Assembly: GCA_963667445.2 (NCBI GenBank)
Contig: CAXXGY010000001.1
Span: 1,757,387 to 1,789,386, forward strand
Direction of reading: 5' to 3'
Length of the DNA: 32,000 nucleotides
Origin: Dehalococcoidia bacterium
GTDB taxonomy: Bacteria; Chloroflexota; Dehalococcoidia; Lucifugimonadales; CATOSD01
Every line of letters starts with the position of its first letter. The first letter of the stretch is position 1. The notes beneath the pieces are model-generated. The model worked only from the letters and a program-made list of their open reading frames with translations. It was not told the DNA's origin and did no database searches. Both the position numbers and the translations under genes were made by a program. Positions 1 through 6,587 of the stretch are shown here, one piece after another.

Positions 1-2297
1 GGTGGGACGCCATCGAAAGCTGGGACGACCGGGAGGGCGAGACGGTGTGCGGGCTGTTCGTGGCTACGCTGTCGCATCACGGCAGGCCGCTCGCGCTCGA
101 TAGCGCCCTGCACCGCAATTCGGCTTTGTGGCGGGAGTACGGCGGGCTGCGACCGCGCGAGCAGGTGGAGCGCATCGGCGGGCTGCTGCGCCGCTGGTTT
201 CCCGACGACGCCTTCAACGCCAGCGCCCCGCGCTTGCCCAGCAGACCCGCCTTCCAGCACATGTTCCTGGGGCTGTGCACCTGGGCCGACTGGATCGGCT
301 CCAACGAGCGGTGGTTTCCTTACGTCGATGAGCCGGACGACGACTATTTCTTCAAAGTAGCCCGGCCCCAGGCGGCCCGCGCGATACGCGAGATGGGGCT
401 GGACGTCGGCGGGCAGCGCGAGGCGCTCGGCGTTGTGCCGGACTTCGGGCGGCTCTTCGGCGCGGACTTATCGCCGAACGCCATCCAGCGGGCCGCGCTA
501 GACGCCCCGCTGGACACGCCGGTGGTCATCGTGGAGTCCGAGACCGGCTCCGGCAAGACCGAGGCGGCGCTGTGGCGGTTCGCCCGAATGTACGAGAAGG
601 GCCTGGTGGACGGCATCTACTTCGCGCTGCCCACGCGCGCCGCCGCCAAGCAGATACACGACCGCGTGGAGCGATTCGTCGCCAAGCTCTTCCCGAACAA
701 GCCGCCGCCCGTCGTGCTGGCGGTGCCGGGCTACGAGCCGGGCGAGGACGCCGCCGCCAGCGCGATGGCCGACTACGACGAGGGCGCGGCCGGTCATCAG
801 CGCGAGGGCAGGGCGTGGGCCGCCGAGAGTCCCAAGCGCTACCTGGCCGCACAGGTAGCGGTGGGCACGGTGGACCAGGCGATGATGGCCGCGCTCAAGG
901 TCAAGCACTCGCACATGCGGGCGGCCTGCCTCGCCCGCAACCTGCTGGTGGTGGACGAGGTGCACGCCTCGGACACCTACATGGGCCGCGTCATCGAGGC
1001 GTTGCTGGACGCCCACACCGGCTCGGGCGGCTACGCGCTGCTGATGTCCGCGACGCTCGGCTCGGCGGCTCGGCATCGCTGGCTGAATCGCGGGCGGAGC
1101 GCGGGCCAGGGCGCGCCACTGCTCGAACAGGCCACCAAGACGCCCTATCCCGCCGTGAGCGGCGAGGGTATCGGCCTGACCGCCGCCGGACTCAACGACC
1201 AGTCCAAGCGCGTGTTCGTGGAGGCCAGCGCCACGATGGGCGATTTCGCCGACACCGCCCGCCGCGCGCTGGAGGCGGCCCGCGCGGGCGCGAAGGTGCT
1301 GGTGGTGCGCAACACCGTCGGCTACGCCATATCCACGCAGCGCGCGCTGGAGGAGTTGGCCGGGGCGGGGGACGACGCGCTGCTGTTCGGAGTTGAGGGC
1401 GTGACCTCGCTGCATCACGGGCGGTTCGCCGCCTGCGACCGCGCCATGCTGGACGCTCGAATCGAGGAACTGCTGGGCAAGGACAGGCGGGGCGGGGGCC
1501 GCGTGGTGGTGGGCACGCAGACGCTGGAGCAGTCGCTGGACATCGACGCGGACCTGCTGATAACGGACCTGTGCCCGGCGGACGTGCTGCTACAGCGTAT
1601 CGGGCGGCTGCACCGGCACCCGTTCGACAGGCTCAGGGCAGGTTCTGCGAGCGAGCGGCCCGAAGGTTTCGCCGACGCGCGCTGCGTGGTGCTGACTCCG
1701 GACGCGGAAGACATGTCGCCGCTGCTGGCGAGCGGCGAGAACGCCAACGGGCTGGGGCCGCGCGGCTTCGTGTACCCGGACCTGCGCGTGCTGGAGACGA
1801 CGCTGCGGCTGGTGCGCGAGCGGGGCGAGTGGCGCATCCCGCAGATGAACCGCGAGCTTGTGGAGCGGGCCACTCATCCCGACGCGCTGGCCGAGATTGT
1901 CGAGGAACTGGGCGACTGCTGGGCGGCCCACGCCAACGACATCACGGGCGGGAACATCGCCGAGGGCATTACCGCGAGCTACGCCATCGTCCGGCGGGAC
2001 GCGCCCTTCTTCTCCGAGGCGGGCAACCGCGACGTGCTGTTCCCGTCGGACGAGGAGCGCATCCGCACCCGGCTGGGCGACGACCGGGTGGACATCGCGC
2101 TGGACCCGCCGCAGCCCAGCCCGTTCAACTCGGCGAGTCGGATCGACAGGTTGGCGGTGTCGGTGCGGTGGCTACCGGAGGGCGCAGACACGTCGGAGCC
2201 GGTGGCGCCCACGCCGACGGACGGCGGCTTCGTGTTCGCCGTGGGGGAGCGTCGGTTCGTGTACGACCGGCTGGGGCTGCGGCGGCTGGATGCGTGA
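1..2297 (+). CDS. cas3: Cas3 nuclease-helicase, type I-E (5' end truncated by window edge)
   Basis: Frame 3 is open from the window edge to TGA at 2295-2297. HD-domain C-terminal motifs LSHHG and ADWIGS are present. SF2 helicase motifs: ESETGSGKTEAAL (I), LVVDEVHASD (II, DEVH), MSATLG (III), VGTQTLEQSLDID (V), LQRIGRLHRH (VI). Lies directly upstream of a cse1-to-cas2 operon. Confidence 0.93.
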   Translation, partial: WDAIESWDDREGETVCGLFVATLSHHGRPLALDSALHRNSALWREYGGLRPREQVERIGGLLRRWFPDDAFNASAPRLPSRPAFQHMFLGLCTWADWIGSNERWFPYVDEPDDDYFFKVARPQAARAIREMGLDVGGQREALGVVPDFGRLFGADLSPNAIQRAALDAPLDTPVVIVESETGSGKTEAALWRFARMYEKGLVDGIYFALPTRAAAKQIHDRVERFVAKLFPNKPPPVVLAVPGYEPGEDAAASAMADYDEGAAGHQREGRAWAAESPKRYLAAQVAVGTVDQAMMAALKVKHSHMRAACLARNLLVVDEVHASDTYMGRVIEALLDAHTGSGGYALLMSATLGSAARHRWLNRGRSAGQGAPLLEQATKTPYPAVSGEGIGLTAAGLNDQSKRVFVEASATMGDFADTARRALEAARAGAKVLVVRNTVGYAISTQRALEELAGAGDDALLFGVEGVTSLHHGRFAACDRAMLDARIEELLGKDRRGGGRVVVGTQTLEQSLDIDADLLITDLCPADVLLQRIGRLHRHPFDRLRAGSASERPEGFADARCVVLTPDAEDMSPLLASGENANGLGPRGFVYPDLRVLETTLRLVRERGEWRIPQMNRELVERATHPDALAEIVEELGDCWAAHANDITGGNIAEGITASYAIVRRDAPFFSEAGNRDVLFPSDEERIRTRLGDDRVDIALDPPQPSPFNSASRIDRLAVSVRWLPEGADTSEPVAPTPTDGGFVFAVGERRFVYDRLGLRRLDA

Positions 2298-2789
2298 GGC
2301 TTGCATCGGCACCCCCATCCCCGCACTCTCCCACGAATGGGACGAAACCTCGAAAACAGTGTTTCACTCCGTTCTTTCTGTCCCATCCCCTAGCTGGGGG
2401 CTTGGACTTCTGAAACGATTGCTCCGGCGAATGCGACGGTTATGACACCGAAAGCAACCGGGGCGAAACGAAAGCGAGACAGTTCGCAGGGGGCAGTCAC
2501 TCACCCATTCGGCAGGCTCAGGGCGGGTTCCCGACCCTCTCCCGCCGAGGGAAGGCGCCGGAACTGGGCCGACGGGGTCGGTCCCGCGTCAAAAGCAGAT
2601 TAGCACGGATGTGCGTGGCGTTCAAGAGGGGTGGCGAATTTGAATCTGTATCATCCTAGTCGGCGCCCCGTGCGTTGATGAGTCCGCCGCAGACGCCATG
2701 AGTGTGATGACCAACGAGGGCAACCACAAGGGATTGCCCCTACATGTGCATGACCGACTAAACTGTTACAGGCTCTGGCGCGGGCACGA

Positions 2790-2818
2790 TTGACGGACAC
2801 GTCACCCCAGCCTATCGT
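2790..2818 (+). promoter_or_regulatory. Putative sigma70-type promoter for the antitoxin/toxin-relic pair
   Basis: TTGACG (2790-2795), 17-nt spacer, TATCGT (2813-2818), about 60 nt upstream of the antitoxin ATG. Motif match only. Confidence 0.3.
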
Positions 2819-2880
2819 ATGTATGAGTGGGTGGGCAGGAAGGTAGGCCAGGCGCCAATCGCGTTTAAGGAGTGGTTGAA

Positions 2881-3102
2881 ATGGCCCGAATCGAGGCTAG
2901 CGTCCCCGATGAACTGATTGCGGCTCTGGATGCGGCGGCGGCCAGGTTGGAGCGAAGCCGGTCGGAGCTGATTTGCTTCGCCATAGAGACTTACCTGGAA
3001 GATCTGGAAGACATTGAGATAGCCGTGCAGAGGTCGAACGACCCTTGCGAAGAGCCACTCGACTGGGAAGAGGTGAGGAGTGGCTTACTCGGTACGAGTT
3101 AA
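2881..3102 (+). CDS. Ribbon-helix-helix (CopG/RelB-like) type II antitoxin
   Basis: Protein MARIEASVPDELIAALDAAAARLERSRSELICFAIETYLEDLEDIEIA... has the typical RHH beta-strand plus two helices and an acidic C-terminal tail. AAGGAG (2866-2871) sits 9 nt before ATG 2881; the ORF track starts at GTG 2872. A RelE-like sequence follows immediately. Confidence 0.75.
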   Translation: MARIEASVPDELIAALDAAAARLERSRSELICFAIETYLEDLEDIEIAVQRSNDPCEEPLDWEEVRSGLLGTS

Positions 3103-3339
3103 GCCCAGCGCTCTGAGGGAGTTGGAGGGCGTCTCCGAGCCTATGAGAAGCCGGCTATGGCGAGCTATCGAAAGCCTCGCCGAGCGCCCTTTGCCGGTTC
3201 GGTGCTGCGGGGCGACCGGCGCGGATACCGCAGATTGCGTGTAGGAACCTACCGCATAATATACGAACTCCAGAGAGATGTGCTGATCGCCCTGGTCGCG
3301 CGTGTCTCCCACCGCCGAGGCGCCTACCGCAGGCGATAG
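3093..3339 (+). pseudogene. RelE/ParE-family toxin relic disrupted by two frameshifts, no usable start codon
   Basis: Three consecutive frame segments together read like one RelE: frame 3 YELSPAL* (3093-3116), frame 2 LRELEGVSEPMRSRLWRAIESLAERPLP (3113-3196), frame 1 GSVLRGDRRGYRRLRVGTYRIIYELQRDVLIALVARVSHRRGAYRRR* (to 3339). The last segment carries the classic YRLRVGDYRIIY...V.RV.HRR..YR signature. Confidence 0.65.
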
Positions 3340-3479
3340 ACGGGTGGTTGCCGGAACCGGCGAGGCAGTCCTCACCGGCCCCGGCGTCTGGCCCCGCGCA
3401 TGCGGGGGAACAACAGGCTTCGATCCCTAAGCCTGCGCCTGCATGGGTGTATCCCCAGACATATCTGAGGGTATACTGG
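3335..3479 (+). repeat. Degenerate CRISPR-repeat-like fragments (possible vestigial or regulatory mini-array)
   Basis: GATAGAC (3335-3341) equals the repeat 3' end, and GGTTGCC (3346-3352) equals the repeat 5' end. tctggCCCCGCGCATGCGGGGgaacaac (3387-3414) matches the array repeat at 19/28 positions and keeps the 6-bp CCCCGC/GCGGGG stem with a 4-nt loop. Exactly 61 nt later, tgtatCCCCAGACATATCTGAGGGTATAC (3448-3476) has a hairpin starting at the same repeat register, followed by GGGtATA (repeat has GGGGATA). Confidence 0.4.
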
Positions 3480-3908
3480 TGGGACGTTGGCTGACGACAC
3501 TTGCAATCTTAACCATATGTTAGATAATATGCAAGCGTCTGTTTAAGGTTCTTGGAATAGCCGCTTGTACACAGCGGCCGAGTATGGTACGGTGAGCGAG
3601 TTGGAACTAGAAAGCCACCGCCGGAAGGCACTCCAGCGGCGGCCAGAACAACACTCCATAATCGGCTCTCAGACCTACTACTGGAACGTGCTCTGATGAT
3701 GAGATTAACAGATGGCGGCATAGCTGCCAAGTGCGACATCGGAAGCTGCACACGCGCGAAAATAGGTGGCTGTCAACTCTGTCAGAACTACGTTTGAGGT
3801 CTGTGCTGTCAGCCCGGCACACCCAGAATGCAGGACTCATTCGTTTGTGATCCGTGCTTATCTCGGCATCATTTTTCGAAAGGCCAAGGCTAACCTGTTC
3901 ACAAAGTG

Positions 3909-3937
3909 TTGACAGGAAAGGGTTGTGCGGGTATATT
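3909..3937 (+). promoter_or_regulatory. Near-consensus sigma70-type promoter for the Cascade operon
   Basis: TTGACA (3909-3914), exactly 17 nt, TATATT (3932-3937), about 40 nt upstream of the cas8e ATG. Purine-rich GGAAAGGG lies before the ATG. The box TTGACAGGAAAGGG is repeated as TTGACAAGGAAAGGG at 3956-3970. Confidence 0.5.
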
Positions 3938-3978
3938 TGTTCGGAACATAATTACTTGACAAGGAAAGGGCTAGAATC

Positions 3979-5646
3979 ATGCCCAACAACATCCTGACTG
4001 AACGCCTGATTCGGATGGACAAATCCGACGGCTCGCGGGTGGCGGCGTCGCTGCCGGAGGTGTACGCGGCGCTGATGGCGGATGAGGTGGAGGCGTTTCC
4101 GGCGCTGCGTCCGCACCAGCGCCACGCACTCCACGCCTTCCTGGTGCAGTTGGGCGCGATGGCGATGCACGAGGCGGGACTGACTGAGCCGCCTGTCGTC
4201 TCGGGCCATTGGCGTCGGATCATACGCGGGCTTACCCCGGGGTGGCCGTGCGACGAGCCGTGGCAGTTGGTGGTGTGCGACATCACCAAGCCGGCGTTCA
4301 TGCAACCGCCCGCGTCGTCCAAAGAACTGGAGAAAGACTACAAGAACTCCGTTGGGACGCCCGACGAGCTAGACATGCTCGTCACGTCGAAGAACCACGA
4401 CGTGAAATCCGAAGTCGCGGGAGAGGTCCAAACCGACGATTGGGCTTTCGTCATCATCACCCTACAAACTATGGCAGGATACGACGGGGCCGGAAACTAC
4501 GGCATCTCCAGAATGCCAAGCGGGTATGGCAATCGCTCTGCATTTAGCCTGACCGCCTCCATCTCAGCGGGCGGTCATGTTCGCCACGACATCGTAGCTC
4601 TTTTGCAACACCGCGAGGAGATGCTGAACGATATTGCTTACCTTGCCGATAGTGGAAAAGATCTGTTGTGGGTAGAGACATGGGACGGCACGGAAAAGGA
4701 GGCAATAGCTGGTGGACTCGATCCGTTCTACATTGAAGTCTGCCGGCGGATTCGCCTTGTCAAGCGAGGGGGAACTCTGCAAAGCATACGGGCGCCGTCA
4801 AAACGACGGGGGCGACGTGCAATTGACATGAAGGGGTTGACGGGCGACCCCTGGCAACCCGTCGGAATAAACACCAATCCTAGAGGCACGCCACCGGCGT
4901 TCCTCGGGCCGCGCAAGTTTGGTTACGAGCGAGTCGTCGATGGTCTAACGTCTCCGGATTGGAAGCCGCCCTATCTTCTACGCCCATTGCAGTCTGAGCG
5001 AGACAAAGAAATGCTGCTGGTCGCGCGCGGCATGATTCGCGGCGAAGGCGGGACTTCGGGTTATCACGAGCGGACTATCCCGCTCAAGCCCAAGGTTGTG
5101 CGCGTGTTCGGACGTGGGGGTGGTCTCGAAGAACTTGGGGACATCGCACGGGAGCGAATAGAGCAAGTCGGCAAAGTGAAGAACATCTTGCGACATGCGA
5201 TTGCGACGTTCGCGGCCAATGGTGACAGCGACTTTGGCGCACATCGCAACGGGCAGCCTTCTCCGAACCAGTTGGCCCAGCCATGGGCGAACAGACTTGA
5301 CGAAATCGTAGATGCCCGCTTCTTCGAACACCTACAGGACGAGTTTGAAGAGGATGCGAGCGAGCGCGACGATGTTCGCAAGCAGTGGCTACGGAACGGC
5401 AATGACGGGGTGATTGACGAGGCCGAGAAAGTCCTGAGCGCGGCTCAAGACGCTTTGCCCTGTCTGTCGGTCCAGAAGTTCAAGGCGCGGGTGCGCGCTG
5501 ACAGCATATTCTGGGGACGGCTACGCGGCAATGAGGGACTGCCGTCTCTGTTCGATAGCCAAGAGGAGGAAGAAACGTGGGAGAACAGCGACCAGACGAC
5601 ACAGGAACGGAATCCGACGGAAGGGCAGATGACGCTGTTCGAGTAG
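3979..5646 (+). CDS. cas8e: Cas8e (Cse1/CasA), Cascade large subunit
   Basis: 555 aa. N-terminus LTERLIRMD...SLPEVYAALMADEVEAFPALRPHQRHALHAFLVQLG is the hallmark Cse1 opening. Also PAFMQPP, DELDMLVTSKNHDVK and LQTMAGYDGAGNYGISRMPSGYGNR. Position is directly before cse2. Confidence 0.93.
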   Translation: MPNNILTERLIRMDKSDGSRVAASLPEVYAALMADEVEAFPALRPHQRHALHAFLVQLGAMAMHEAGLTEPPVVSGHWRRIIRGLTPGWPCDEPWQLVVCDITKPAFMQPPASSKELEKDYKNSVGTPDELDMLVTSKNHDVKSEVAGEVQTDDWAFVIITLQTMAGYDGAGNYGISRMPSGYGNRSAFSLTASISAGGHVRHDIVALLQHREEMLNDIAYLADSGKDLLWVETWDGTEKEAIAGGLDPFYIEVCRRIRLVKRGGTLQSIRAPSKRRGRRAIDMKGLTGDPWQPVGINTNPRGTPPAFLGPRKFGYERVVDGLTSPDWKPPYLLRPLQSERDKEMLLVARGMIRGEGGTSGYHERTIPLKPKVVRVFGRGGGLEELGDIARERIEQVGKVKNILRHAIATFAANGDSDFGAHRNGQPSPNQLAQPWANRLDEIVDARFFEHLQDEFEEDASERDDVRKQWLRNGNDGVIDEAEKVLSAAQDALPCLSVQKFKARVRADSIFWGRLRGNEGLPSLFDSQEEEETWENSDQTTQERNPTEGQMTLFE

Positions 5647-6575
5647 AGCAACCACAGCAGCGGCCCGAGCCGGAGAGATTCTTCCAGAACGAGGCGCACG
5701 ACGTCGCTGCTCACTACGGATGGCGACCGTTCCATCTGCGCGACAGGGACAGCATCCACATTGTGCGCGGTAGGGGATTCCCCGACCTCGTCATGTGGAG
5801 GAAGGACTGTGAGACCGGGGAGATCGACCTGCTGGCCGCAGAGTTGAAGCGGGATGGCGAAAGCACACTCTTTGCTGAACAGCAAGAGTGGGTAGAGGCG
5901 TTGGGTCAGCACATTCCAACGTACACCTGGCGTCCCGAGAACTGGGACGAGATCGAGGACATCCTCCAGAATGGCACGGCGGGGCACCCAAGTTCGGAAA
6001 GGCAGTCTAGTAGCCCCCGCTCCAGCAGTCCCATACCCCACAACTTTGGCGACGTGATAACGAACACCGTCGAGGCGATTGAAGCCAAAGAGATGCCAAC
6101 CGGGGATAGGGCAAGTCTGCGGCGAATGGACCCTGTCGAACCCAACAGCGCGGTGTTCTGGAAACTGATGAATCAGCGAGGAATATCAGTTAACGCCGAT
6201 GTCAGCAAGTGGGGGCTCATCATGCACGGGATGGCGTTGATGGCGCACACCGCGGGGCTGGCTCACAATCCACGAATCAGAGTCGGGCGCGCGCTGTATG
6301 AAGGCGACGGTAGTAGGCCGCCCTTCTACAGCGAGGACAGGCTGTCAACTCTGCTCGCCGCAAGGGGCGACGCCCTACACCGGCTTCTGGCGCGGTTGTT
6401 CCGTATGCTGGCGAGTCAACGATGCGCCTTCAACTGGCGCGAGATGGCATGGTTCATTCTGAACGAAGGCCACAACGAAGAGCGCGCCGACGAAGCCAGA
6501 ATCCAAATCGCCAGAGCCTACTACCGCACAGAATACAGTTCATACCAGGCAAGTGCCCGGAGCGAAAGCGAGTAA
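5577..6575 (+). CDS. cas11e: VRR-NUC (PD-(D/E)XK nuclease) domain fused to Cas11e (Cse2/CasB), Cascade small subunit
   Basis: Continuous 332-aa ORF. GTG 5577 is preceded by GAGGAGGA (5563-5570). The N-terminal half has GFPDLVMW, LAAELKRDG and FAEQQEWVEAL...TYTWRPENWDEIEDIL (VRR-NUC pattern). A Ser/Pro linker follows. The C-terminal half has DRASLRRMDP, GRALYEG, RLSTLLAARGDALHRLLARLFRML, FNWREMAWFIL and IARAYYR (Cse2 pattern). It overlaps the cas8e 3' end by 70 nt. Confidence 0.85.
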   Translation: MGEQRPDDTGTESDGRADDAVRVEQPQQRPEPERFFQNEAHDVAAHYGWRPFHLRDRDSIHIVRGRGFPDLVMWRKDCETGEIDLLAAELKRDGESTLFAEQQEWVEALGQHIPTYTWRPENWDEIEDILQNGTAGHPSSERQSSSPRSSSPIPHNFGDVITNTVEAIEAKEMPTGDRASLRRMDPVEPNSAVFWKLMNQRGISVNADVSKWGLIMHGMALMAHTAGLAHNPRIRVGRALYEGDGSRPPFYSEDRLSTLLAARGDALHRLLARLFRMLASQRCAFNWREMAWFILNEGHNEERADEARIQIARAYYRTEYSSYQASARSESE

Positions 6576-6587
6576 GGAGAAGTAACC

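Noticed and set aside
77-2445. Numerous overlapping sense and antisense ORFs within cas3 (for example 498..1418 -, 572..1396 +, 1571..2413 +).
   Set aside because: These are Arg/Ala/Gly/Pro-rich products typical of off-frame reading of high-GC DNA. The cas3 frame carries all the helicase motifs and explains the region.
2718-2739. GGGCAA-ccacaaggga-TTGCCC hairpin downstream of cas3, and the TTCCCGC...GCGGGAA inverted repeat at 16053-16095 upstream of the first LLM gene, both reminiscent of REP-like intergenic elements seen in some high-GC genomes.
   Set aside because: There is a single copy of each in the window and the stems are short. Whether they are dispersed repeats cannot be established without the rest of the genome.
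3346-3373. GGTTGCCGGAACCGGCGAGGCAGTCC considered as a full degenerate CRISPR repeat.
   Set aside because: Only the first 7 nt match well (about 13/28 overall). There is no hairpin, and it is 41 nt rather than 61 nt from the next repeat-like unit. It is kept only as a fragment within the 3335-3479 observation.
3696-3797. 33-codon Cys-rich ORF (C-x4-C...C-x2-C) in the low-GC spacer, considered as a small zinc-ribbon peptide or toxin.
   Set aside because: It has no recognisable SD sequence, is very short, and conservation cannot be assessed here. It is mentioned under the low-GC region finding but not called as a gene.
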